Origin: a virus
DNA length: 64,000 nt
Reading direction: 5' to 3' (one strand)
Virus record (IMG/VR): IMGVR_UViG_3300005573_001166
Span: 1 to 64,000 of that record
The position numbers and the translations under genes were made by a program. Under the pieces are notes generated by a model. That model did no database searches, was not told where the DNA came from, and saw only the letters and a program-made list of their open reading frames with translations. Of this stretch, positions 25,312 to 34,637 are shown one piece after another (within the stretch, counting starts at the first letter, position 1; every line of letters begins with the position of its first letter).

Positions 25312-27453
25312 ATGCCGCATTTTAACGAGAACGTTTTAACTATACTGAGGAAAAGATATTTTGCTAAAGACCCGCAAGGTAATATAGTAGAGGATTGGGA
25401 AAAGCTGTGTAATCGGGTAGCTACAGCTGTTTCTAAAGGGGAGCCAGACGCCGATGCTTATGTTGAAAAGTTTTATGACATGATTTATAATTTGGAGTTT
25501 TTACCTAACAGTCCTACTCTATTTAATGCAGGCCTTCCTCTGGGCCAACTAGCAGCTTGTTTTGTTTTACCTATTGCAGATTCTATGGAGGGAATTTTCG
25601 ATACTCTTAAAAAGGCAGCTTTAGTATTTGCTTCAGGGGGAGGGTGCGGATATAACTTTTCTACCCTTCGTAGAAAAGGGGCTCCTGTTAGTAGAACTTT
25701 TGGAGAGTCTAGCGGACCTGTTTCTTTTATGCAGGTTTTTGATGCTGCTACAGAAGTTATAAAGCAGGGGGGTAGACGTAAAGGTGCAAATATGGGGATT
25801 TTAGATATCTCACACCCGGATATAGAAGAGTTTATGGATGCTAAGAAGAAAGAAGGCTGTTTAAGTAATTTTAATATATCTGTAGCAGTTACAGATGATT
25901 TTATGAATGCTGTTGTAGAGAACGGTTCTTTTGATTTGATAGATAATTATAAGAAATGTGTATATAAGACGGTTAAAGCATCTGACTTGTTTTCTAAAAT
26001 AGTCTCAGGTTTATGGCTTAATGGAGAGCCCGGAGTGATTTTTATAGATACCATTAATAGGCACAACCCTCTTCCTAGCCTTGGTAGAATAACGGCTACT
26101 AACCCCTGTTCAGAACAACCTTTACTTCCATATGAGTCTTGCACTTTAGGCTCCATTAATCTAGTTAAGTGCACCTCAGGGAAGCTGGGAGATAGTATCT
26201 CTAATTTTAATTGGGAAAAGTTGGCTGAGTTAGTAAAGTGGGCTGTTAGGTTTTTAGACTGCGTGCTTTCTGTAAACAAATCTCCTGTTAAAGAGATTTA
26301 CGAGGCTAGTATTAAAACTCGTAAGATAGGTTTGGGAGTAATGGGACTTGCTGATGTTTTCCTTATATGCGGTATAAGATATGACTCGGATGAGGCTTTG
26401 GCATTTGCCGAGAAGTTAATGGAGTTTATAACGTTTCATGCTTATACGGAATCGGTTGCATTGGCAGAGAAGTGGGGACCTTTTCCTGCTATAGATCAGT
26501 ATGTTATTCCTGAAAAAATTAAAAAGTGGCCGGACCTTTGCAGTAAAATACAAAGTGTTGGTTTACGTAATGCAACGCTTACAACTATCGCTCCTACAGG
26601 ATCCTTATCTCTTATAGCAGGTGTAAGTTCTTCCATAGAGCCTAACTTTCAATGGCAGTATAGTTATCATAGGGTAGATAGTGAGTTCTCTGAAACACAC
26701 CCACTTGCATCCTCTTTCATAAAGAATGGACAGCCTTTACCGGAGTATTTTGTTACTGCTTTAGATATAGCACCTGAATGGCATGTAAGAATGCAAGCAA
26801 CCTTCCAGAAGTGGGTGGACTCGGGAATTTCTAAAACGATAAATATGCCTAATGATGCCACTATGCAGGATGTATATAATGCTGTTATAACTGCATGGAA
26901 GCTGGGATGCAAGGGCATTACTATATATAGAACCGGCTCCAGACAGGAAGAAGTTCTAGTTAAGCAGGATTCTAAGGTACAGGATTCTGTCAAACTACAT
27001 CCTAGACGTCGTCCTGAAGTTACTTTAGGTAAAACAATTCAGGTTCCTGTAGGAAACTGCGGTCATTTATATGTTACTGTTAACTCAGATGAGAAAGGTC
27101 CCTGTGAAGTGTTTATCAGCTTGGGGAAAAGCGGAGGATGTTTGACTGCTCATGCAGAATCTTTAGGGCGTGTTATATCTGCTGCTTTAAGATCTGGGGT
27201 AGATGTACAGGAACTGATTGAGCAGTTAAGTAATATTAGGTGTAGTAAAACGGTATTTCATTCGGGTACTACTATAAAGTCATGTGCAGACGGTGTTGCA
27301 TATGCCTTAAAGAAGGCATTGGATGTAGATGTACAAAAGGGCAGTGTTATAGATTTAGGGAGTAGTCCTGAATGCCCTGAGTGCGGTGCTAACCTAAAGA
27401 GAGAGGGAAAATGTTTGTCTTGTACTTCTTGCGGCTTCAGTCAATGTGTATAG
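25312..27453 (+). CDS. nrdJ: class II (adenosylcobalamin) ribonucleotide reductase with TSCPD-type C-terminal domain
   Basis: PNSPTLFNAG, ACFV, TNPCSEQPL, IAPTG, SKTIN, KSCAD and a terminal zinc ribbon. Confidence 0.93.
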   Translation: MPHFNENVLTILRKRYFAKDPQGNIVEDWEKLCNRVATAVSKGEPDADAYVEKFYDMIYNLEFLPNSPTLFNAGLPLGQLAACFVLPIADSMEGIFDTLKKAALVFASGGGCGYNFSTLRRKGAPVSRTFGESSGPVSFMQVFDAATEVIKQGGRRKGANMGILDISHPDIEEFMDAKKKEGCLSNFNISVAVTDDFMNAVVENGSFDLIDNYKKCVYKTVKASDLFSKIVSGLWLNGEPGVIFIDTINRHNPLPSLGRITATNPCSEQPLLPYESCTLGSINLVKCTSGKLGDSISNFNWEKLAELVKWAVRFLDCVLSVNKSPVKEIYEASIKTRKIGLGVMGLADVFLICGIRYDSDEALAFAEKLMEFITFHAYTESVALAEKWGPFPAIDQYVIPEKIKKWPDLCSKIQSVGLRNATLTTIAPTGSLSLIAGVSSSIEPNFQWQYSYHRVDSEFSETHPLASSFIKNGQPLPEYFVTALDIAPEWHVRMQATFQKWVDSGISKTINMPNDATMQDVYNAVITAWKLGCKGITIYRTGSRQEEVLVKQDSKVQDSVKLHPRRRPEVTLGKTIQVPVGNCGHLYVTVNSDEKGPCEVFISLGKSGGCLTAHAESLGRVISAALRSGVDVQELIEQLSNIRCSKTVFHSGTTIKSCADGVAYALKKALDVDVQKGSVIDLGSSPECPECGANLKREGKCLSCTSCGFSQCV

Positions 27454-27465
27454 GAGGTCAGGAAA

Positions 27466-27918
27466 TTGATTAGCTTTTTGAAAAGGCTTCGTAAAAAGAG
27501 CGTCCTTGTTGAAATAAAGTTATTACCAAATGCCATTTTTCCTTCACAGCCTTATAAAACGGATGCATGTTGGGATTTATATGCTATAGAGGATGTAGAG
27601 ATACCTCCTGGAAGGACAGTAGAGGTGCATACCGGTGTTTTTATGCACATTCCTGCAGGGTTTGAGGGAGAGCTGAAATGTAGGTCATCTTGGGGAAAAA
27701 AAGGTTTGAGTATACATCATGGAGCTATTGACTCGGGCTACCAAGGAGAAATCTACCCCTTTGTATATAACTTTTCCTCAGAAACTTTTTATATACATAG
27801 AGGAGATAGAGTAGTACAGTTTTGTTTAAGGGAGGTCATACCTATTTCTTGGATTGAGGTAAATACCTTTACTCCTTCTGCTAGAGGTGTAAAGGGGCAT
27901 GGGTCTAGCGGTAGATAA
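27466..27918 (+). CDS. dut: trimeric dUTPase
   Basis: ACWDL, RSS, GAIDSGYQGE, GDRVVQ and RGVKGHGSSG. Confidence 0.93.
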   Translation: MISFLKRLRKKSVLVEIKLLPNAIFPSQPYKTDACWDLYAIEDVEIPPGRTVEVHTGVFMHIPAGFEGELKCRSSWGKKGLSIHHGAIDSGYQGEIYPFVYNFSSETFYIHRGDRVVQFCLREVIPISWIEVNTFTPSARGVKGHGSSGR

Positions 27919-27985
27919 AAAATATTTATAGATGGGATATTTTGTAATAAAATCTGTAATTAATCTAGAGAGGAGGTGATTATTT

Positions 27986-28561
27986 TTGTTGGGTAAAGAG
28001 GGTGCAATTGATATGATGTTAGAGAGAAGAAGTCAGATGGAGTTTAATTCTGAGTTTGATAGCAACATATCTGTTAATTTGTATGACGAAGTAAATATAA
28101 ATGTAGAGGATTTGGACACCGAATTTATTATACTTCCTAGTCAGATTGCTTATTGGACGGTAGTTACAGCTCGATTTGAACAGGTTGTATTAAAAATGGA
28201 GAGGGACTATGAGTTGTGGTATGCAGGTGTCTATAATCAGGCTTTCGATAAACTAGAGCAACTCTCAGGTAGGAAGCCTAATATGAGTTCTGTAGATTAT
28301 TATGTAAAGATGTACCATAAGGACTTATGGTTAGAGAAGACGACTGCATTAGAGAAAGCTAAGTCAGATCTCACTGTTATAAGAGGCTTGTTGACAGCTT
28401 TAAATACTAAATTACAGTGTTTAATGCAGCTATCAAAACGTAGGTTAGGAGAAGTGAATGCTCTTGAACCTATTATAAGGATGCCAGAGGAGTTACCTAA
28501 AGGCACTAGTGTTCAAGCGGCTAAGGAACTTTTTAAACAAATGAAAGGAAGGACAACATGA
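27986..28561 (+). CDS. UvsY-like recombination mediator
   Basis: INVEDLDTEFIILPSQIAYW followed by helical segments; directly upstream of the SSB. Confidence 0.6.
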   Translation: MLGKEGAIDMMLERRSQMEFNSEFDSNISVNLYDEVNINVEDLDTEFIILPSQIAYWTVVTARFEQVVLKMERDYELWYAGVYNQAFDKLEQLSGRKPNMSSVDYYVKMYHKDLWLEKTTALEKAKSDLTVIRGLLTALNTKLQCLMQLSKRRLGEVNALEPIIRMPEELPKGTSVQAAKELFKQMKGRTT

Positions 28562-29388
28562 ACATTTCAAAGTTTACAGCTAAAGTAAGTAGCATGCATA
28601 CCAGGAACGCCTGGGTACAGCTAAAAGAGGGAAGGAACAGGTTTAGGTTTTTATGCCAAAACTCGGAAGAGGATCCGTGGGTAGAAACTTATAGGCATTT
28701 TATACCTAAGGAATTTACCGTAGAGAATTTCCCTAGGGTTCCTTTGTGTTTAGGGACTGATTGTCCTGCATGTGCGTTAGTGGAGGAATTCAGGAAAAGG
28801 GGCAATGAACGGGTTGCCGATATGCTCAGGGCGCAACATAGGTTTGTATGGCCCGTCTTTTTCAGAGATTCTCCTTTGAATGAAGTGGGAGACTTGTGTA
28901 TAAAGTTATACGAGATGCCTCAATCTGTTTTTACAGGGCTAGGTAAGGTATACGAAGAGTGGGGCGTCGATTTCACCGATCCAGATAAGGGCTATGATAT
29001 CGAGGTTCTGAAAACAAACGCCGGTACTTTTACTAAGTATGAAGTGAGAGCTGTAACTCAAAGGGAAAAGGGATCTATGTCGTTACTTGAAACTCCTTTA
29101 ACAGAGGAGGAGCGTTATCTAGTTGCAAATGCCTATCCTGATCTGTCGCAAGAGCTTGCACTGCCGGATAGGGAGACATACACTCGGGTAATGGCGTCCT
29201 TGTTGGATGAACCAGATCTTTTTATTCCGGGACGATCTACACCGTCTACGGATCCGAATCAGTGTCCCCAATTTGGAATTGGTTATAATCCCGAGTTGGA
29301 TGTTTGTATAGAATGTGCAGATGCGGAGGAGTGTAAGGAGGAGTTGTCTAAGTCCGCTAGATCCCCTAGAAAAATGGGAGGAGCATAA
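28558..29388 (+). CDS. gp32-like single-stranded DNA-binding protein
   Basis: LKEGRNRFRFL, HF, C...CPAC, DFTDPDKGYDI and TKYEV. Confidence 0.8.
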   Translation: MNISKFTAKVSSMHTRNAWVQLKEGRNRFRFLCQNSEEDPWVETYRHFIPKEFTVENFPRVPLCLGTDCPACALVEEFRKRGNERVADMLRAQHRFVWPVFFRDSPLNEVGDLCIKLYEMPQSVFTGLGKVYEEWGVDFTDPDKGYDIEVLKTNAGTFTKYEVRAVTQREKGSMSLLETPLTEEERYLVANAYPDLSQELALPDRETYTRVMASLLDEPDLFIPGRSTPSTDPNQCPQFGIGYNPELDVCIECADAEECKEELSKSARSPRKMGGA

Positions 29389-29391
29389 AAG

Positions 29392-29934
29392 ATGAGGACT
29401 CCGGTATCTGTTGTTAAAAATAATTTTCAGTGGTATATTTTACGTGTAGAAGGTGCATATGAATATAAAGCGGCTTTGGCGTTACAGGCCTACGGAGCTG
29501 CAGGTGCTATACCTGATTTTTATTTGGTTAAACAACTTTGGGTACCGGAGGTACCTACTGCTACAAAAAAGCGGGCAACGTTGTTACCTGGTTATCTTTT
29601 CATAAATGCGTTGTTAAGTACTAAGTTATATTCTTCACTAAAGAAGCCTGACTTCCCTCATATTTTTGGGTGGGTTCAGTGTAAAGGTAGTTGGCCATCG
29701 ACTGTTTCAGAAGAAGAGATGAATTATCTGTTTTCTTTAGAAGATCCTACTTCTAAGCAATCAGCAAATACTTTTAATGTAGGAGACAAGATATATATCC
29801 CAGGTTTAAATATGACTGGGATCGTTATGGGGCTGGCGACCGATTTTATATATTTAAGTATCACTATGTTCCATAAAACTTTTGTAGTCAAGTTTGATTG
29901 GCAGCATCTAAAGGAGGCAGTTCTTGTACATTAG
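29392..29934 (+). CDS. NusG-family transcription elongation factor (NGN plus KOW-like domains)
   Basis: WYILRVEGAYE, LLPGYLFI, PSTVSEEEM and FNVGDKIYI. Confidence 0.8.
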   Translation: MRTPVSVVKNNFQWYILRVEGAYEYKAALALQAYGAAGAIPDFYLVKQLWVPEVPTATKKRATLLPGYLFINALLSTKLYSSLKKPDFPHIFGWVQCKGSWPSTVSEEEMNYLFSLEDPTSKQSANTFNVGDKIYIPGLNMTGIVMGLATDFIYLSITMFHKTFVVKFDWQHLKEAVLVH

Positions 29935-29946
29935 GGGGGTTTTTTA

Positions 29947-30930
29947 ATGATTAGAGCTAGAGCGCCTGTACGTATTGATTTTGCAGGTGGGTGGACTGAT
30001 GTTCCTCGATTTTATAAGGAACATGCAGGTAGTGTAACAAATGCCGCTATAAACATATATACATACGCCTCTGTAAGTTTTCAAGAGGTAGGTATTAGTA
30101 TTCACAATATTAATACCCGTCAAAAGTTTTTTGCACAAAGGCAGCAGGATATTGTATATAATGGAGAACTAGATATACCTAAAGCTGTTTGTAAGAAATT
30201 AGGGGTTGATAACGTTTCTATTGTTATTAGTACTGAGGCTCCTATAGGATCGGGGCTAGGTACATCTGCTTCCTTAGAGACGGCTTTAATAACTGCCTTA
30301 TTGCAGTATAAAGGGTATAGGGAGTGTGCTAGCAAGGTTGCAGAGATTGCTTTCGAGGTAGAGACGTTGGAATTAGGCTTAAATAGTGGGAAACAGGATC
30401 AATATGCTTCTAGTTTAGGAGGAATACGCACTTACTATTTTGATGAAGGCTCCGTTCGTTTGGGGATTGCCTCTCCTTCTAAAGAATTCTGTATGTTGCT
30501 AGAGAAATGTTTAGTTTTATGTTGGACAGGTACATCTAGACTTTCTTCTGATATACATTCCTTGGTTTACGAAAATTATGACAAAGGTCTTAATAAGCAT
30601 GCTCTTGCCCAGCTGAGGTATTCTAGTTTACTAGCTGAAGATGCTTTGTTCTGTAACAACTTGGAAGCGTTAGCGGATGCTGTAAACGTAAGTTGGCAGG
30701 CGCAGAAGTCTCTACATCCTAGTATAGATGATGAGGTAACTCACCGGCTTTTTGATGCTGCTATAGAGAGTAAAGCTTTTTTGGCAGGAAAGGCTACAGG
30801 TGCAGGAGGAGGATGCTTATTATTTGTAGCTAAACCGGATATGGAAGTTGTACTTAAGGAGTTTTTAACAAAAGCAGGGGCTAGTATAATAAACTTTAGT
30901 TTCGATTTTGCAGGAGCCCGAGTTTTTTAA
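29947..30930 (+). CDS. GHMP sugar kinase, HddA (heptose-7-phosphate kinase)-like
   Basis: RAPVRIDFAGGWTD, PIGSGLGTS, GKQDQY and GKATGAGGG. Confidence 0.85.
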   Translation: MIRARAPVRIDFAGGWTDVPRFYKEHAGSVTNAAINIYTYASVSFQEVGISIHNINTRQKFFAQRQQDIVYNGELDIPKAVCKKLGVDNVSIVISTEAPIGSGLGTSASLETALITALLQYKGYRECASKVAEIAFEVETLELGLNSGKQDQYASSLGGIRTYYFDEGSVRLGIASPSKEFCMLLEKCLVLCWTGTSRLSSDIHSLVYENYDKGLNKHALAQLRYSSLLAEDALFCNNLEALADAVNVSWQAQKSLHPSIDDEVTHRLFDAAIESKAFLAGKATGAGGGCLLFVAKPDMEVVLKEFLTKAGASIINFSFDFAGARVF

Positions 30931-30941
30931 GAGGAGGAAAG

Positions 30942-31157
30942 ATGATGGAAGGAGTATTAGACAGGAAAGTGGATCTGTTGAGGCAAAGTACAGACTATCA
31001 GCAATTACTACAAGCAGCTTCTGCGGCACTTTTGCAGGGACTAGAGATGTCTGCTGTAGCTGATGCAGTTCTTAGACCTATTGCAGCAGATTTATCTTCT
31101 CTTAACAAAGGCAAAATAATTTTACACATGTACATAGTACCGGGAGGGAGTTACTAG
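30942..31157 (+). CDS. hypothetical protein
   Basis: Strong SD. Confidence 0.6.
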   Translation: MMEGVLDRKVDLLRQSTDYQQLLQAASAALLQGLEMSAVADAVLRPIAADLSSLNKGKIILHMYIVPGGSY

Positions 31158-31402
31158 TGTGCGAGTATTTGTCGGGTGTCGAGCCGCCTGAGAAAGTGTA
31201 TACTCCATGCTGCGTTTATCTAAGAAGCCGTATTAGATCTAAAGATTTGAATTTTATAAAGGATTTGTGCCGTTCATTGAGTTATAAATGGAAGGTATGT
31301 TATAGAGGCTTTCCTCCTTATTGGGAGTTGTATATAGCTGAAGAAGATTTAACTGAAGAAGAGTTGTCGATGTTAAAAAACGGAGAGCTAATTAAGCTTT
31401 AA
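31157..31402 (+). CDS. hypothetical protein
   Basis: Coupled GTG start with GGGAG SD. Confidence 0.55.
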   Translation: MCEYLSGVEPPEKVYTPCCVYLRSRIRSKDLNFIKDLCRSLSYKWKVCYRGFPPYWELYIAEEDLTEEELSMLKNGELIKL

Positions 31403-31419
31403 AAAGGAGTTTTAAGATT

Positions 31420-32868
31420 ATGTGCTTTATTGCCGGTATAGTATCTCCCAATTACATAAAACCGGGTCTTTTATATGAGTTTATTGATTCTGTCAAGCAG
31501 GCCCTTTTATACAGGGGTAGGGATGCTATAGGTGCAGTTGTTCTGACAGGAGATTGTGTAACAGAGATAAGGAGGCCTATAGATAAGGAAGAAGACGTAG
31601 CTATAGTCTTAAATCGGGTATTAAGTACGCCGGAATATGTAAGAGGAGTGTTTTTACAGACCCGCGCAGTACCTGAAGCCGAGTTTGCAACAGCTGGCAA
31701 TCTTTTGAAAAACGTCCAACCTTTTTACAGGGAGGGTTGGATTACTTCGCATACGGGAACTATAGCAAACTTTGAAGCACTAAAGGAGAAATATTTTGCA
31801 GGGTTTATGTTTGATGACTTACCTGAGGTAGATTCTTTCATAGTAACTTTGTTGTTTAGCAAGTTAGACGATTTAAAGGTTTTGCAACAGATACAAGGTT
31901 CTTTTTCTATAGCTGCCTATAATGTGAACAGTTCTGTTTTTTGGCTAGCAAAGAACTTCCAGCCTTTATACTACAATAGGATAGGAGAGGTTGTTGTTTA
32001 CTCCTCTCTACCCACAAAACTTGCATCTACAGTGTTTCCAGCATACACCGCTTTAAAATTTAGGGGGGAATCTGTAAAAGAGTTCTCTCTTACAAAGGAT
32101 CGACCTAAAAGTGTTCTAGTTTGCCTTAGTGGGGGGTTAGATTCTGCTGTTACTTTAAGATTGTATCAGGCTCTAGGATACGAAGTTGTTGCTTTGTTTT
32201 TTGATTACGGCCAAGCAGCTAGATTGCTAGAGAACCACTGCACCAGGCAGCTTTGTAGGGCTATGAAAGTGGTAAGGTATACGCAGAAGCTTAATATGGA
32301 TGCTTTCACATCTCCTCTACTTGAGGATACATCTGCGTCTACAGATAGTTTAACGGATGCAGAAACCACTTTTTCTTACGTACCTCAGCGGAATTTGATA
32401 ATGGCTGCATATGCGTTAGGATATGCAGAGCAGTTAGGTTTGGGGGGAATAGCTTTAGGTATGAATTTGTCAGATGCATCTGCATATCCAGACAACGGAG
32501 TTCCTTTCTTAGAGGGTTTAAATAACATTACTCCGTATTCCTCTAATTGGGGAAGTAATTTAAAAGTGTCAGCCCCCTTAGTAAACATGATGAAATCTGA
32601 GATTGTAAAGCTGGGACTTTATTTAGGTGTTCCTTTTCCTTATGTATGTTCTTGTTATTATCCCAAGTTAGAGGGTGATTTGCCTGTATATTGCGGGAAG
32701 TGCGGCTCCGACCTTTTATATAAGGCTGCTTGGAATAAGCTGGGATATGATCCCCCTAATTTAGGTTTGGAGCCCACTTTATATAAATCTCCACCTACAG
32801 TAGAGATGAAAGACTCTTATAAGGTGTCGGATTTACCTTTCTACTCTGTGTTTAAACTTAACTTGTAA
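31420..32868 (+). CDS. queC: Gat-QueC: class II glutamine amidotransferase fused to 7-cyano-7-deazaguanine synthase
   Basis: Gat: N-terminal MCFIAG (Ntn Cys), RGRD, QPF, HTGTIAN. QueC: LSGGLDS, DYGQ, YVPQRN, YPD, SCY, CGKC. Confidence 0.92.
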   Translation: MCFIAGIVSPNYIKPGLLYEFIDSVKQALLYRGRDAIGAVVLTGDCVTEIRRPIDKEEDVAIVLNRVLSTPEYVRGVFLQTRAVPEAEFATAGNLLKNVQPFYREGWITSHTGTIANFEALKEKYFAGFMFDDLPEVDSFIVTLLFSKLDDLKVLQQIQGSFSIAAYNVNSSVFWLAKNFQPLYYNRIGEVVVYSSLPTKLASTVFPAYTALKFRGESVKEFSLTKDRPKSVLVCLSGGLDSAVTLRLYQALGYEVVALFFDYGQAARLLENHCTRQLCRAMKVVRYTQKLNMDAFTSPLLEDTSASTDSLTDAETTFSYVPQRNLIMAAYALGYAEQLGLGGIALGMNLSDASAYPDNGVPFLEGLNNITPYSSNWGSNLKVSAPLVNMMKSEIVKLGLYLGVPFPYVCSCYYPKLEGDLPVYCGKCGSDLLYKAAWNKLGYDPPNLGLEPTLYKSPPTVEMKDSYKVSDLPFYSVFKLNL

Positions 32869-32884
32869 AAAAGGATGTGTGATT

Positions 32885-33952
32885 ATGGAAGAATTAGAAC
32901 GGGGCGATCTTGAGTCTAAAAAGAAGGATCTCGCTCTTATAGCCGACAAAATCAGGAAGGCTCAAAAAGATAGTGCTGTTGTCCTCATGCATGGAGATAA
33001 AGCTTTACTAGAATCTGTTGATTTTATATCGACAGGGTCTTGGGTATTAGATGATATACTAGGAGGCGGGATGCCTAGGGGTAGGATAGTAGAACTTTAC
33101 GGCTTAGAAGGAGGGGGCAAAACAAGTATTGCATTAAGTGTCATATCTCAGGCGCAAAAGAAGGGGTATTATTGTCATTATATAGATGCAGAAAATTCTT
33201 TTGTAGCTGAGTGGGCAAAAAATTTAGGAGTGAATCTTGATTTTTTACTTTTAAGCCAGCTTAACTGTACTCAGGATGTTTTTAACTTAATAGAGAATAG
33301 TATAGACTCTGGAGTCAATGTTGTTGTAGTAGACTCTTTAGCCGCATTGTCTCCTAGGGAAGAGTTGGAAGGTGAAGTAGGGGATTGGCATGTAGGTTTG
33401 CAAGCGCGTTTGGTAGGTCAGGGGCTGAGGAAGCTCTCTGATAAAGCGGGTAAAGCAGGTGCATTGATTATATTTATTAATCAAATAAGGCAGCAGGTAG
33501 GTGTAATGTTTGGTAATCCTGAAACGACTCCGGGGGGGAGGGCTCTTAAGTTTTTTTCCTCTGTTAGGTTGGATGTAAGGTCTAGAGGTCATTTAAAGGC
33601 AGAGAACGGTGCTGTGGTAGGTATTGTAGTTCATGCTACCGTTATCAAAAACAAGATTGCGATTCCTTTTAGGAAGGCTGAAATTGATTTCTACTTTAAT
33701 AGGGGTTTTGACAACGAGTCCAGTATGTTCGATTTAGCCCTAAGTAAGGGCGTCATAACGAGGCGAGGGAGCTATTACGTATTTCCTCTATTCGATAATG
33801 AAAATAGGCGCAAACAGGATTGGGTTCAACTGTTTAAAACAAATGCTGCAGCCCTTAAGTTACTTTACGATGAGATGGCTAAAAAGAAGGACGCAGGTGC
33901 TGTAGAGGTAAGCGGTGAGGTGGTTGAAGATGAAATTTCCGACGTACAGTGA
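32885..33952 (+). CDS. recA: RecA recombinase
   Basis: GGMPRGRIVELYG, GKT, IDAE, VVDSLAAL, INQIR and PETTPGGRALKF. Confidence 0.96.
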   Translation: MEELERGDLESKKKDLALIADKIRKAQKDSAVVLMHGDKALLESVDFISTGSWVLDDILGGGMPRGRIVELYGLEGGGKTSIALSVISQAQKKGYYCHYIDAENSFVAEWAKNLGVNLDFLLLSQLNCTQDVFNLIENSIDSGVNVVVVDSLAALSPREELEGEVGDWHVGLQARLVGQGLRKLSDKAGKAGALIIFINQIRQQVGVMFGNPETTPGGRALKFFSSVRLDVRSRGHLKAENGAVVGIVVHATVIKNKIAIPFRKAEIDFYFNRGFDNESSMFDLALSKGVITRRGSYYVFPLFDNENRRKQDWVQLFKTNAAALKLLYDEMAKKKDAGAVEVSGEVVEDEISDVQ

Positions 33953-34211
33953 AGTAAAGAAGTTTGATGAGGTACATGGAACAAAGTGGCTTGCAAGTAT
34001 AGAGGAAATGTGTCGTCTTCATACCCGTAAGGGAGAGCCGGGTCCATATTACCAGTTTAGAACTGATTGGATTAATAAGGGGCTCCTTTTCGCATTAGCT
34101 CAAACTCTTGAGTATGTGGGATATGGGTATGCGGATGCTATGGTGTTTAAGGATGTTGGAAGTGTTTTGGGTTTAATGTTGAAAGATTTCGAGAGTAAAG
34201 GAGTGTATTAA
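33930..34211 (+). CDS. hypothetical protein
   Basis: ATG 33930 after GAGGTG. Confidence 0.6.
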   Translation: MKFPTYSEVKKFDEVHGTKWLASIEEMCRLHTRKGEPGPYYQFRTDWINKGLLFALAQTLEYVGYGYADAMVFKDVGSVLGLMLKDFESKGVY

Positions 34212-34637
34212 ATGTATTTTTTACATACGGAAGCGTCTTTTGATATGGCTCATAGGTTGTTGGGGTATGAGGGTAAATGCAGTAACTTGCATGGGCACAC
34301 TGTCAAGATAGAGGTTACTGTTTCTAATAGGACATTGCAGCCTATTGGCTTTGTAGTTGATTTTCAGATACTTGACCGCTTGATAAAGAAATGGATTAAC
34401 GATAATTGGGACCATGTTACTATTTTATCGGCATCCGATAAGTTGTGCGAGCAGCTTGTAGATACTAAGGTTTATAAAATGGAAAGCAATCCCACAGCAG
34501 AGAATTTAGCATATGAACTATATAATAAGTTGTCTGCCCTTTTCGAAGAACAGCAAGAAGGATACAAGATAGATAGTGTGACTGTCTGGGAGACTCCAAA
34601 ACACGCAGCCACTTATATTAGAGAGGAGATTGGATGA
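34212..34637 (+). CDS. queD: 6-carboxytetrahydropterin synthase
   Basis: FDMAHRL, CSNLHGH, DF, DH, PTAENLA and VWETP. Confidence 0.95.
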   Translation: MYFLHTEASFDMAHRLLGYEGKCSNLHGHTVKIEVTVSNRTLQPIGFVVDFQILDRLIKKWINDNWDHVTILSASDKLCEQLVDTKVYKMESNPTAENLAYELYNKLSALFEEQQEGYKIDSVTVWETPKHAATYIREEIG

